Below, one piece after another: positions 1-16,845 of a DNA stretch of 64,000 nt. This DNA comes from Psilocybe cubensis (lineage: Eukaryota). The notes below the pieces were generated by a model. The model saw only the letters and a program-made list of their open reading frames with translations. It did no database searches and had not been told where the DNA came from. How positions within the stretch are numbered: the first letter of the stretch is position 1; each line of letters opens with the position of its first letter. Made by a program: the position numbers and the translations under genes. The stretch spans positions 1,736,001 through 1,800,000 of the forward strand of contig CM039006.1 of the NCBI GenBank assembly GCA_017499595.2, in the 5' to 3' direction.

Positions 1-884
1 ACCATACGGGTAGTGTGTTTTATCATCTCACTCTCAGAAGACACCGTATGAATATATAGGGTTTGCGCAGTGGGAGTCTATGGTACGTTTTTAGTGGAGA
101 GAGCCGTGTTAATAGCGGTCATGCTTGCCGCAAGACAGGTTTCTTTGCTTAAACCGTCCCTCTGTTGTGTATACTGACTTTGAGAGATACCAAATCCCCG
201 AACTCCCCTTCACTAATCTTGATCAAGCGTAGGCTTTAGTTTCAAGGTCCCAGTGAGGCGCTCCGACACGACACTCACGAGTTTTCCTCCTTTGATCGGA
301 GAAGTAGTGATGGTCGGCCGGACAGTACGTTCCTCTCTATTAAAAGACGTGGTTTACATGTGGAAACCACTTCTCCCGAAGGCTGGACAAATTTTATCTC
401 TCACTTTAGAGTTAAAAACCCAGGTTAGATGTGAAACATCTTCACAAGGGTACTTTATCCGGATGGTCGTGATTGCAAGGACAAAGCGCTCCAACTGGTA
501 ACGATAGGTTTCACCTCTCCCTTCAATAGTGCCGACGAGAAGAACACGATGACACTGAAAGTTGGGGGAATATATAGCCAGTCTCTAAAATCTCATGCCG
601 CAGATGTCAAGAAGATAGATGGTTTTCACAAGGATCTGGATTGGCGACTGAACCCCACAGCCATGATGCTTTCAAGATGTCGACGATCCGGATGACACCT
701 TCTCAACGTTCGGGCGGAGTTACAATTTGTGATTGATGGTGACAATGGAACCCTGTCCGGACTCGAAGCAGACTGGCCTTTTTTGGCTCCATACCAATGT
801 AAAGCCCCATCTGTTAGTATAAAACTACAAGACCTCAGGTAGAATGGGTACCGAATCTTTCCTCTCCGGTTTTCCTGTTCAGCG

Positions 885-2638
885 ATGTCTGCCGCTGCGC
901 CCCCTGCCCTTCCAAAGCTCGACAACACTTTTGGCGCTTTGCTGATAGGGGTGATACTAGCCGCCGCGTAAGTTGTACCCCCATCAATGCGGTAGTGTTG
1001 GCTCAATGTGTTCCGAACATCTAGTCTATGGGGAATCGGAACTGCTCAGTGCTACTGGTATTTCTCAAATTCTTGTCTGTAATCTCATCTGTTCTGCCTC
1101 TCATATCCATCCGTAGGTATTATATCACATACCCTAAGGATAGGATCGGGATTAAAGCGCTGGTAAGTCGTGGCTTCAGATGACTGGCTGGTATTGACGT
1201 TTATCATGATAGGTCGCTGCTATTTGGTCCGTTTTACCGTCAATTAACACCGGTTCTCCCTTAATACTCTTCAATCTACAATAGGATATTAGATTCTGTC
1301 CATCAAGCGGTCATCGTACAGTCAAGTAAGTCGTATCATCTTTACCCGCCTGGGCAACATGTTAGATGTTGATCCGTTTTCAGTATATTATTTTCTCATC
1401 CAGGTACCTCTTCGCTTCCAGACCATGATCGACGTTCGCATCATTAATTTCATCGATGGTAGAACTATTTTAATCCAGCGGCGCTTGATAACCATATATG
1501 GAGCTTGGTGGTACGCCCAAATTTGCAGTTGACACCTGAGATGATAACTCACCTCACCAAAACCTTCATCAGATACAAGCTTTACTAGAGGTAGACCATA
1601 CAGCACCTTTCTCTTAGTTAAATCATAACTCAATCCGCGTGTAGGGTCTCGTCTGCCTTGGTGTTCAGGGTTTCTTTGTGTATCGTATTTGGAAATGTGA
1701 GCTCGATTCAATTATCCTGTGAGCTTCATTAACACGTATTAAATAATAGTAAGTCGAAAAAACTACATCCTCGTCGCTATACCCAGTGTTTTCGTCATAG
1801 CAAAATTTGGTGCGTCGCGCATTGCGATTGGCCTTTTTTTCTATACACTGATTTGCTCCCCCGTTTAGCTGTAACATGCGGTAAGCCATCAAGGGATCTG
1901 ACTAGCTATGACTAACCTCGTATCTTCTACCCACAGCCTATACCCACCGAGCATTTCAAATCCATAGCATTACAGAAGTTCTTCACGAAATACACCATTT
2001 GTCCATTTCCATAAACGGGACCGCAGCAGCAGCAGACATAATCATCGCCGCTACAATGACCTATCTTCTTTATTCACAACGGACAGGATGGTCCAATAGC
2101 AACAACATGGTCAATAGACTAGTAGTACGTTACTCTGCATTGCCATTTCTATCGCGTCTTAGGAACTTTGCTGATGAGTCTCTAGGTATTTACCGTGAAC
2201 ACAGGAATTCTGACATCCATGGTTGCATTGGTTACGTTGATAATTGCGGTCAGCTTGCCTAACAGCCCTATGTATGCTGCCTTTTATTTCATCACGGGCA
2301 AACTGTAAGTATTTCTTTTCATTGGCCAACGCCACAACATCCGGTGTTTATAATATGGAAATTTTTAGGTACTTCAACACAATGCTGGCATCCCTTAACG
2401 CACGAAACAGTATCGTTACGGCCAAGAAGTCGAGTACATTTGAACTCTCCACCAACGGTGCGGCTCACACTACTCACACTATTCCACGATACGAGCGAAA
2501 GGTGGAAAGAATTGTTACCTACGACGTTGATCCAAACGACTCTGTAAGTCTCCTTTTCATACGAACTTAGCCTGTCATGAATTGAATGGAATTTTACAGG
2601 GGACTCTGAAGCCACAATCTCTTTCAGATCGACCTAAG
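885..2638 (+). CDS. DUF6534-type fungal multi-pass membrane protein (many short exons)
   Basis: ATG 885 gives MSAAAPPALPKLDNTFGALLIGVILAAA. Later exons give ...YYITYPKDRIGIKAL, ADIIIAATMTYLL...TGW...NMVNRLV, VNTGILTS and KLYFNTMLASLNARNS, typical of this basidiomycete family. GT-AG introns; TAA 2636-2638. Confidence 0.8.
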
Positions 2639-4619
2639 TACGGCGAGACGGTTTAGACGCATAAACTATCTAACGTTATCGTGGCGACATTACGTTGGTT
2701 ATTTTCAGTATAAACCAAACGTGAGCTCAGTGTAGTAAATTCACCGCGCGTGTATTGCCGCTAGGTAAATGTTGGGTTTCTGGGCTCTCATCAAACTCCG
2801 TAACAATATGAAGTCTGGTGCCATGGAAAGCGTTCATACACGAGCCAACTACTCCAAAAGTGCATACTATACACACGTGTAATATATTTATTCTGTAACT
2901 TTATCTTCTCACGAATGCAATGTTGTACCAATGTTGCTTGCGTTACGATGAATAACTCAAGGCGCTCATCGGAATCAAATCTGAATCATTTTTCCACTCC
3001 TCATAATGGAAGCACCCAGCAACTGAATACGATCGGTGGTATGGGCTATAAATATCTTGTTTGGTGCGTTACTTGGTCAGGTAGATACGACTGCGGCTGA
3101 GTTTACCCCGGGACCAGCCAAAATTATCTTCCAAGATGATGGAAAGGAATCGTTGGGCAAAGAGTGCTTCATTCCGTGTAGTTTCATGGGACACACAACT
3201 TGAAGAAGCTTGATTTTATTTAAGTTTCTCACTACTGATTTTGTTCAGACTTCTGTTGTACTTCAAATCACGATGGCATAGATAGATTGTGTTTAAGATT
3301 CCCGTCCATGTAGTTTGCCTATCAAGAGACCATGTTCACATTATCACAATGAAATGTGCTCCACAGAGACAAATTGTATAAAGTTCAAGATTATTACTCA
3401 ACAAATTTTTGACTTGCATACTATCACTAGAGATGATGGGAATCCACGAGGGAGGAGGAAATTGTAGCAACGAATTTCGTCAGAAAGCAACAACGCATCT
3501 GCACAATGAAAGTTGGTTACAGTATCTCCACTTAAAACGCTTATAGGCCACAGGCTATGCATCCAATATGATTGCACTACGGACATCAAATCCACAGAGT
3601 AAATGCTCATTAGAGAATTCTATTAAGTAGGCTAACAGTTGGCCTTGGCAGAAATCATTCTGGCGTGTTGCAACCCAGCACCTTACGACAGTTTAGGTGG
3701 GCGACAACTACGAGGCAGTAAGTAAGAAAGTACTTCCCCAAGTAATCTGTTCATTTAGTGGCAGAAAATTTGCAGAAACCATTGCTCAAAACATAATGAA
3801 GAACGTCCTGGGGTGTGGCTGTTGACTGTCGGCAATTCTTTTTTCAATGGTGCTGCGGTCTTCTCGTCCATTGCAGTGCATCGCAAGAATGCGAACAAGG
3901 TGCAAAGGTCAAACCTAAGACAAGCTTCAACAATGCTTCAAATTAGTGATTTGGAATTGAAGAGGCATATTACAGGGATGCGACAACCATGCCCACTGCT
4001 CAGCGCGACATACGGTGTGTCCCCTAAAGCTCAGAAGTACTAATGATATATACACCGTGTCTCCGGTTTACCGATGAAGTTGACTACAACGAACTACGTC
4101 ATTCTTCCGCATTCTGCCAGAATGCCGAGATGCCGAGATGCCCCCACACAAATCGGGACTTGAACATACGACGAAAACTAAACATCAATGTGTCCCCCTT
4201 CTCCGTCCTTTTACTTGCGCCAGCCGTTGGCCAGCCGCCTGAAATTCGACAGTATCTGGTAAGCAAAGATGGATTAAATCTAATTCATGTATGGATTACT
4301 CTAGATCGTCTGCTGGGTTCTCACGCAGATATGGTTCGGAGGTTCATTCCGAACCATATTTGTAAGGAATAACCCAAGAAAACACCAATAAAACGACGGT
4401 CATGTCATACATGAAACGTATTCTTTGTGCCGAACATACCGCTGGGCGCCAGCGATATCAGTCCTTCTTGAACCTTGCTTGCTTATCCAGTCTGTCATTC
4501 AGATACGGGTTGCCGATGACTGCGTAATTGTCTTGGTGAGACTCAAGCAGAATGGAATATAAAGACCGATCACACTTGAATCAAGTGTTCTTGTCTTTTA
4601 TCTCTCACCTCTCGACGAC

Positions 4620-7336
4620 ATGGAGCTACCGCCTGGTCCAAAATATCTTTTGGAGGTTTTCCCTTGGTTTGCTCTACCTTCTCTGATCACATATTCGGTG
4701 CTTTATCTATTGGAAAAAACAAATACCAACTTCAACGTTCCGTTTTGGGCAACATTCTTCCTTGTCGTCTCCGCCAGACCCATCATTGTTATCTTCAACT
4801 ATTACTATTCTATCTGGCAGAACAACAGAGCAGCATTAGCCAACAATGCAGTACTACCCCCCAGTGTACCAAAATCGATGCTGTCTATTGTATCTGAATT
4901 TACGCAGAGTAAAGAAAATCGCTATCCAGGTGGATCTTAATTATAAATGCATAAGTTTTGCTCCTAACTATTGCACGATCTTACGATTGGAAACAGGGGG
5001 GGTTTTTCTGCGATTCACAGAGGACTATGGAAGCATAGTAAGGTTCAACGTCTTAACGGATGCATCAGTGGGTACTCTCCTCAATCTTGGCATTTTGCAT
5101 CACATTTTTGGCCGGGGTCTAACGTCACTACAATCGTACGATTACAGTTAATTACCGACGAGCCCGAACACGTCAAGGTATACGTTCGTTTTTTCAGGGT
5201 GGTAGAATTAAATCTTATATCGAAAATCAACGATAGGCTATCCTCGCGACACAATTCGATTCATTCCACAAAGGTGGGTGCTCACATTTCTTTTTGATCA
5301 TACATATGTAAGCATTACGCCTTTGAACAGGTTCAGTATTCTACTCCCAAGCCCATTCTCTGCTTGGGGAAGGAGTTTTTAATTCCGATGGTATGTATTC
5401 AGTCATCCGAAAGGTACTATGCCTCTAATAAATCTATCTTTCTTTCAAGGCGAAATGTGGAAGTTAGTACCATAGACTAATATCGCCCAGCATTTCATTG
5501 AGATTTGCGTAGGTTCCACCGAGCGATGACTAGGCCGTTTTTCACTCGCGAAAGGATTACGGATTTTGATATATACGACCGGAACTGGAGCATCTCCCTT
5601 AAAACAGCCAAAGCCCGACTAAACGAAGGATTCTCCCTTGATATTCAGGTAAAATTCAGATGTTGTCATGTGGATAAGACATCACTTTCAATGGCAGGAT
5701 AGGACCTCATATCACGTTTCACGCTGGACTCAGCCACTGAGTTTCTGTTTGGAGGAGAAGTAGGGTCACTCTCAGCTGGTATACCATACCCACCAGGTCA
5801 CGAAAAAGCCAATTCTCCTGTCTTCTACAATCACCCATCGACATCCTTTGTAAAAGCGTTCACCAAAGGTCTCAGCATTGTGGCAGAACGTGGTAACTTC
5901 GGTAAAGAATGGGCACTGGTTGAGTTCAACAGCGATCAGGTTACCCCATTACGCCAGATAATCGACGACTTCACCGAGCCTTTACTATCCAAAGCTCTAC
6001 ATGCGCGCTCAAATGGCACGAACTTGAAGACCAACGAAGAGGTCACCCTTCTTGAGCATCTGGTTAAGCACACTCAAGGTAAGCTACTTCATTGTAGTAC
6101 CGAAGATCGACTTAAACAAGCCGTGTTCAGATACAAAAATATTGAAAGACGAGGTAATTATATACAAGCTGTTTTTTGCACAAAACATAACCATTTTACT
6201 ACTATTCAGCTCGTAAATCTCTTGGTTGCCGGTCGCGATACAGTACGTGCATGAGTTATCTACCTTGTGACAGAGTATTGAAAGTGTACAAGACCATGTG
6301 TTTGCTGACATTTGCAGTCTACATGCTCGCAGAGCACCCTGATATTGAGAAGCGTTTGCGCGAAGAAATATACGACAAGGTTGGAGCCACCGAAGCGCCG
6401 ACCTACGAGAAAATGCGAGAAATGCGTTATATGAAAGCGTTTTTGAATGGTGTGCCATCCGTAGTCATGAATTGATTTCCTTGCTAATACCTAATTCCAG
6501 AGGTTCTACGTCTCTATCCACCGGTGTATGTGATTCAATATTTACTTTGGCGTCGAAATATTCTGACCTGCTTTGCTAATACTGCTCAGACCCTCCAACG
6601 GCAGGTATGGTCGATTGATAGTGAAGTCACCTTTGCATGCTGATAGCTTTCCACAGAACGACCACGAAGCCTGTTCTTCTGCCTGCAATTCGTCCAGGAG
6701 AAAAACCATTTTATATTCCGAAGGATACGACGTGCGCAAGTCTCTCATGCTAACCTTTACTTGAATTGACAGCTCCCCAGGTGTATTTATGCAGTCATCA
6801 ATATCCATCGTCGAAAAGATCTGTGGGGCCCTGACGGCAAGTTCTATCCGCTCCGTACACTAGAATATGATCTCAATACCCTCTTCACAGCCCTTGAATT
6901 TGATCCAGATCGATTCCTCGACGACAGGGTGAAGAAATACCTCGTAGCAAATCCGTATATATTTTGCCCATTCAATGCTGGCCCCCGTATTTGTCTCGGA
7001 CAGCAGGTGCGATGTTCAGCTTTAAGTATTTTGATCATGACCTCATAGCCGTCCTCTAGTTTGCATACAATGAAGCATCATTTTATCTTATTCGGCTTCT
7101 CCAGAACTTTACCGAATTCACCCTTGATAATTCTGTAAACATTCCTCCCCCAGCTCAATGGAAATTTCGAGACTCGCTTACGGCTAAAGAGAAGATCTTC
7201 CCTACCGCTCACTTGACATTATTCGTGAAGGTTGGTTTGCAATTGGTTATCTGTACATGATGTATTCTAACAGTGGTAAACGTATCAGGGTGGTTTGTGG
7301 GTCAAGATGAAGTCGCTTGATAATGAACAAGTTTAA
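4620..7336 (+). CDS. Cytochrome P450, CYP63-like (CYP52 clan)
   Basis: [10 protein letters not shown] start; [20 protein letters not shown]-helix LVAGRDT; K-helix [14 protein letters not shown]; heme motif [15 protein letters not shown]-terminal GGLWVKM; TAA 7334-7336. Confidence 0.93.
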
Positions 7337-7619
7337 GAAGAACCAAGTAGTTCTTCGAATCTTGTCTTACGCGTGCATGTATCCCTTCCCGGTTTCATTC
7401 AAATACAAATTTTGTGCAAGGTTTAGTTTAGTGCCAAAAGCATCCCGCACGGACCACCCATCGCGTCTAGAACGCGCGTTGTTCACGTGATAACATGACC
7501 GTGTCCGTAAGTTGTCCTTTGAAAGTTGTGTTCAACCCATATCTGAACAAGCACGTCTGTAAAAAATCGAGTGAACAAAAGTAGAGTTGTTTGCTTGATA
7601 TATCAAGTTAAGTGGGCTA

Positions 7620-8915
7620 TCATACACCTTCCTCATTTTGAATCTTCGCGCCAGCATCACTGTACCTGTACATATCTTGCGTTACACTGCGATCCTGAGT
7701 TGACATTCCTCCGCCGAACTGAAGGTTAGACAGTCGTTGAGTCTGGGATGGAATAAATGTGTTGCCACTATCATCATCTATGAAAGCAATCCGAGCAACC
7801 ATGATTGTAGGAGCGAGGCCCTGAAAAGACGGAGACATCAAGAAGACCGATCGTCGATTCGGGACATTAATAAGGACGCACCGATATAGCTACGAAGAAG
7901 GCTTTGGCGTAATTTCCAAGTGCGAATAATGGCGCATTGAAGATATTGCCACTGTCCGGTATGATGAGCGTGATTGCTGTCAGGAGCAGCGCTACAGAGT
8001 TGATAGCCGCGGATTGGATGATTATATCGAGCACGCTCTTGAATCTCCTCAGAGGCTTGCCGTCTAATTTGTAGACCGTCCAGATGCGATAGGCGATCAA
8101 CAAAGTTGTTGAAAGGCTGGTACCAAATGACACAAAAAAGCCAGCTGCTAGAAGGTTGTTCATTATCATCGCTTGCTTTTGAGTTAAGACAAGAGATCCG
8201 TTAATGCCATTGATGATGATAGCAGCCAATATCATCCCTTTAGTCGCCAGTTTTTAGTTTAAGTGTCTTGTATCGACATTAGAGACTCCTCACCGGTCTC
8301 TGCAACGAAAAGCAGAAATGGGATTGCTATAATTCGAAGAGAGCGGTTCCAAACGTAGAAGCAGCGCCAGATCTAACAGATAAAATAAGTAATGTTGATT
8401 GATAAAGAACGAACAAATCCCGCGCACCAGTAGCCCATCCGCAATAACCACAACTGAGTACGAAGTGACAAAAGACGCCAAGACCAGAGCTTCAGGATTT
8501 TGGAGTATGGCGAGATACGAGTCTTGTCGAGTTTTTCCATTAATAATGAACTCCCATTGCAGCGCGTACCATTGAATGGCAAGCTGCGCAAGGCAGACCA
8601 TATACAGGATAGTAATAGTTATGATTACACCCCATCGCTGGGCCGCCTTTTTGGTCACTTGAACGTCAAAGCTCAGCGTTGAAGCGATGCGACCAAGATG
8701 AAATACTTGCAATATGCATAAAGAGTACCGAAGTAAACAATGGTGTATGCTCCTAAAAAGCCGAAGCATCGGTAATGTTGAGAGATTGAGATATATAGGT
8801 AACGCGGCAGACACACACCCATTAAAAATGTTGACAACACTGTAGAATTGATCGTGGAGCTGATTTCAGACTGTACAATTGAGAGGGCTCTCGGCGACAC
8901 CAAATGTGAGGACAT
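7620..8915 (-). CDS. Multi-pass membrane protein of an expanded basidiomycete family (paralogue of 49139 and 53198 genes)
   Basis: INSTVLSTFLMG, ADGLLIWRCFYVW, TTLLIAYRI, IIIQSAA and GLAPTIMVARIA motifs across spliced exons; hydrophobic helices. Confidence 0.8.
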
Positions 8916-10462
8916 GTTGCTGGCATCTACTGCTAGTTAGCTTCGTTGACGAATGAAGCGATGCTGAAGGTGTAATGTATCAATGTATGGCATGGTGCTA
9001 TATAAGCAGGTCAAGTGGTGTAGTGCAGCTGTGGAGAGGGACTTCATTTGGGACACACTTCGCCATCCGATCATCGTTGCACTTCCGCACCTAACCGCGA
9101 TCAAAGTCCACAGGCACTATGTAGTTTGAGTCCACCAGCATGAGCGGCTACCCAGTTTCCGATTTTTGGTCATTCGAACTTCATACATGGGTTTTGGAAG
9201 GAGAAGAAAAGGCATCAAGCGACAACACCGGTCCAATTATAAATCCCTGTTAAAAATCCCTGTTACAAGGGATAGAATGGCCGGAGAAGAAGAAACCTAT
9301 TCACGGCTTAAATTTTTGCTGTCTGCACGGAGTATTGTTGTGATACGGTATACGATAGCCAGAGAACCTTTTAGTCTACAAACCGAGACACCCGAAAGCC
9401 AATGGAGCAATTCTTTCCTGACACATGGCGAGCTGTGCAGAGGACAATCCAGTCCGGAAGATCAGGGAATGATTGAAATGGTTGATGATCAGTTCGGCAT
9501 TGTATCCACAAAAGTGCTTTGGAGTAAAGAAGAGTTTGTGGACAGCATTGAAATATTGCCTCAGATGGTCATTCTGGGATACTTGCGTAGATATTCACAA
9601 TAAAGTGGCTTTGAAAGTCGAAGGTACTTCTGGCCGAATGCACTTGCACTGGTCTGACGGATATTGATTCATACCGCTCCAGTGGTTTCATTTGGGGTGC
9701 GTCCATTCTCGTAGATCGCCGGGCATTTATGGCTGTGATGCTAAAGGGCAATTGGATGTAAGATGTGAGACGGTTGTTCTTCAGGAGTCACCACTATGGA
9801 CAAAACGATGGGAACAGTTTGCGTACGAACACGGCCTGCTGAAAGGTCTTGGCATCTGCACGTGACGTGGGAGAGTGCCGAATTTCCAAGCTTGGCCAAG
9901 GCCGAGAGTCGTGGGCTATAAATAGATGTTGTTTGTACCCAGAACAATCCGAATAACTTAGGAATTGGTTGGCGAGCGGCTAACTAACAATATATATTCA
10001 ACTTTCAAGGAGAATTTTAGTTATTTAGTAACACTCATACTTCTATTAAGCAGCTAATATATTACGCCTTGCATAGAAACCGAACAATATAGCGGTACTG
10101 TAAAACAGTTAATGAATTTCCTAAGTCGAGACGAAATGCAACGACCTTGATAGATGAATAGTTGGGTGGTGCACTCTGTCAAGTTGACATCAAGGAAAAT
10201 CTATATGCAGGACATTTCGTGGTAGTGTGCCAGAGCATACATGCGCAAGCCAAGCCCATGCTACACGAACTGTCCCGGCAAAAATAGAACACCGCGACTT
10301 GAGGGCCTTATCTAGGTTATTAATAGACTGCCCACATGCGTGCTGTCAAAAGTAATTTCCCTCCTTGAGGGTTCTCCGGCAGTTAAATGGAACCCATGGT
10401 AGGATACATCACAGCTTGCTTCCCCCACGTAGCTCCGTCCATACCTTACTGTAGCTTCCAGG

Positions 10463-12888
<2,426 letters not shown>

Positions 12889-13401
12889 TAGACCGACCCT
12901 TTAACAATTTTCCAAGTCGTTTATTAGTGGTCGATGATTTAATGAGGGCAAAGTTACTTTACATAGCCAAAGGATACGACCCGATAGCATTTAAAATGCT
13001 TTCAATGGCATGCAATTTAATGTCAATATTTTTTTCACGATTTTAAAATTGCAGTCCAAGTTCGTTCTAAAAAAACATGACGTTGGGGTTGGTCAACAGC
13101 GAACTCATCCACACGCTCTTACTGGATTCCTCAAGATTATTACTTGATGTTAATCATATAACGGCAACCATAATCCCCCGACATTTATGACGGAGAATGA
13201 AACCTTCCACTAGGGATAAATTAAGTGTGCCAAACATAGGGTAGCGGCATGGGACTCGCAATGGAAGAGAAAACCCATTCGAAAAAGGAACTTGAATCAA
13301 CATTTCTACGGCAAAATGGACAACGTCTCTCTGTCAAACTCCATCTTCACATTTAAGTCGCCTGTTTCCCGCTCTACACCCGGAGATTTTATCTGCGACG
13401 C

Positions 13402-16400
13402 TCAGGGTGTCGTGTCTTCTGTGGCAGGCTCGGGAGCAGAACCCAGCATGACCTGTTCACGTAGCGGCGCAAGTTCCGCCGAAGGCTTGAACACTGTCGA
13501 TAGTGGGAATGTTGTCTGGCACTGAGCCCTGAACTCATCTAGCCGCGAGGATTTCAAAGAAGCGAGGAAGTCTACTGTCGATAGCGCGGTCTACATGCAA
13601 TAAAAAGAAAGAAGATGTATAAGTATAGGTTATGACTTTAATAGCGCTGGGAGGAATGGAAAGAAGAGTGAACGCACCGGGACATCTAGCCGCACATCCG
13701 GACTGAACAGAGTAAAGGCCGTGTTTTCAACATCTGCCAGAGGTAAATTGAGTTTGTGAAGGGCCTTGGCTGCAGCCAACACGGTGTGACTATCAGTTGA
13801 ATGCTTTTGGAGATACTGCGAGTTGAATGTTTCAAGCGACAAATCGTCAGGTATGAATTTGGCGATAGCCTCGGTGAACACTGGGCCGATCGGGGGTGGA
13901 GGTGCCTGAGGGAATGAGGATGCTGAAAGAAAGTGATAAGAAATCAGCGCTGGGGATGAAAGGTGTACAAATACCTCTCTGTTTAACATCAACGAGGCGG
14001 AGATGGAGCTCTGGATGATCCGGATTGAGAGCAGCAGCTCGACTCAAAGCGCCTACTGCTTGTAGGAGCTTCTCTGTTGACGGCAAGAGATGGTATGTCA
14101 ATAATGCAGGCGACTCAGTTATTTGTTCGCTTCATTGAAAAACTCACTTCTGCGTATAGCCACATCATAGATTGCTATCCAAACATCGATATTCTTCGGT
14201 GCCAGTGTTGTTAAAGGATGCAGAAGCTTGGATGCTTGTTCTAGGGCATCTGGTGACCCAATCAGCTTTAAGCCATCTGGGTCCTCATCTTTGGGCACAA
14301 TTAACTCGGGGTCCTTGTTTTCGTTTGTCGCCTGAGTAGCTGGACAGAAGGAGGATGTTTGTCAGCAGATCGGTTAGATGATAAATGCTGCTCGAAGAAC
14401 CTTTCTTGTCCTCTTGGACCTTTTGGGCAGCTTTTTTGGCCTTTTTGAGTGCTTTCTTCTCAGCATCGCTCATTTTACCTATCAAGAAAATCAGATGTCT
14501 ATATCTCAGGAAAACACTCAGAAGTCCTACTTGTTGACGTTAAAGATGATACGATTGAAGCATCGTCAGAGACAGCAACGAAGATCTGGCGAAGACAATG
14601 GTTAACTATGCTAATTTTGATAGAGGTACATTCGTTGATAACTTACCTTGGACGCCTCAATGGCCGCCTTGACATAACCTGGATGTGACCGAAGCTGATC
14701 CTCCCACTTCAGCAACCTAAGGAACCGACGATATAAACTTCCATTGTGACCCAGAAACTTTGCAAACGCACTTGATATAAATGTTGATAGTGAATTTTCT
14801 CAAGTTGTACCCATGGAAGTCAAATTGGTCGTCTTCGAAGTCGTCAAAGACCTTCTTAACAGCAATGTATTTCTTGAGGGCAAGGTTGAGTTTGCCATTT
14901 CGTCTATACGCATCCGCTTCGTTAAGTAGGAAAAGGAGAGATTGCATATCTTCTAAATCTGCAGCAGGGCTCGGGGCGTCTTTCTAGAAAGAAATTTATT
15001 AAACTATTTTCCCTGCAAAGATTAAAACGGAGCATACCTTAGTAAATAGTCCAAATATCGAGTTTGCTTCGTCGACCATTCCAGCTCTCAGAAGATACTT
15101 GCCGAATTTTGTGTTCAAGAATCGATCTTGTCCATCGAGCAACCTTGCATCATTCTGACACCTAGCTGCCCCTAAATAATCTCCTGCTCTCTTCAGCACT
15201 CGCGCTTTACACATGTGAAGTTCAGGAAGTGTCGGTGTATGTTGCAATGAAATGTCGAGTACGGAGAGCGCCTTGTCTGGCTGTGACAAATAAGAATAAT
15301 GTTGAGCAAGATAGTAGAGGGTCCATAGATAAGTTGTAGGTTCTAAGTTGGCATCCGAAGACGCGGGAAGGGTGGAAGCAGCAGCGTACTCTTCGCGCAA
15401 GGCTTCAACGATGCCCTCGATTGTCTGTTGCTTCTCCTTATCCACATAAAGTGCTTTTAGGTCCGCAAAGAGAGATGGAATACCCTTCTCGAGGCGTTTT
15501 ACGATGTACTTTTCGACCAGTTTCTTAAATTGATCTCCCGATGCAACGTTGAGCTGAAGACGCGGTGGTGCAGAAGCCCTGGGTAGTTGCACAACAAACT
15601 CCTCAAGTTTGGTAACTGCCTCCGGATTGGATTCGTCTATTTCGTGCGTCAGTAAGCATGATGTTGAGAAAGGCAGACGACATACCAAGCGAGATGCCCA
15701 GGTAAGTGAAATAACCACGGAAGGACTCGTAGCAGTCTGGGTTATGCTCGATCAGTGAACGCCAGGCCTCATCGGCTTCTGGGACACTTTGCTTGGTGAG
15801 TATCCGGGCTGATATAAGGGATTAGTTAAACAATGTGCGATACATCCGATACTAAGATTTACCTCTGATTTGAAGAATAGAAGTGCGATCGACGATGGAT
15901 CGCGATTTAGCGCTAGAGTCCAGAACAGAGAGTGCTTCCGAAAGTTCACCGATCTCTTCCAGGATATTGACATAGTAGATGAGGGTTTCTGAATGTTCGA
16001 TATCGTAGTCGGGCACATTCTGTGGGGGCAAAGGAGGATAATAGATATGATGGAATCGAGCAACGAGAGGGATGTGAAGTGACCTTTAAAGACCGCTGGT
16101 AGTGTTCCAAGACCATTCTAGCTTCCTGAGGGTTTCCGTTTAAGTGATGAGCGAGTGCCAGAGCTACCCAATTTTGGCGTTGATTGGGCCTGAGTTTCAG
16201 TATAGCATGTCGTGTATCGACAAGGGATTCGTATAGGCGCAGATGGGTCTGGAGTTGGGCGGAATCTCGTAACAGATTCATATTGTCCTGAGTCCATCAA
16301 TATTGAGCACACCGGATAGCAGAAGTACACCTACCTTATCGAAACGTAGCGCCTGTGTGTACGACTTGAGGGCCTCCTCGTAGTTTTTGTCGGCCTTTTG

Positions 16401-16726
16401 GACGAGACCGAAGACATGCCAGACAATGTGGGATGTCAGGTCCAGTCGGACGCCCTTTTTGACCAGTTCAACGCCCTCATCTTTCCTCCCGGCCATATTT
16501 GTAAGGATCAGACCTTTCATGCATAGTGTTTCTGGAGATAGATGAGCATGCGATGAAGATCATGAAGCCAGTGTGACGGACCTCCATGGTCGGGAACTTT
16601 CTTGAGGATTTGTTCGGCAGTTTTAAGACCCTTTTTGAGCTGACGGGTCTCGTAGAGAGTGAGTAGCTCTTTGAAAAGGGATTGCTCCTTTGAAGGGAGA
16701 GCGCGCTTCTGAAGGGCTTTTGACAT
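13402..16726 (-). CDS. NAT1: NatA N-terminal acetyltransferase auxiliary subunit (Nat1/NAA15, TPR)
   Basis: LFKELLTLYETRQLKKGLKTAEQIL, SHIVWHVFGL, HTPTLPELHMCKARVLKRAG, LDGQDRFLNTK and DQFDFHGYNLRK; ATG 16726; TGA 13402. Confidence 0.95.
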
Positions 16727-16845
16727 TGGAAGAAAAGATGTGACTGGTCGGAAAATGCGGTGGCCTGCCAAAAGGGACAAATGTAAACAACGCGTGCGTG
16801 CCTCAGATCATTGCACTCCCAAACTCAACCCAAACCACCGTGCCC
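16727..16845. promoter_or_regulatory. Compact bidirectional promoter NAT1/PDS5 with adjacent forkhead-like (GTAAACAA) and MCB-like (ACGCGT) motifs
   Basis: 119 bp separates the divergent ATGs. GTAAACAA is at 16783-16790 and overlaps ACGCGT at 16790-16795 by one base. Confidence 0.6.

Noticed and set aside
9166-9751. 145-aa ORF and neighbours in an intergenic region
   Set aside because: Non-ATG start, no motifs and no consistent splice structure.
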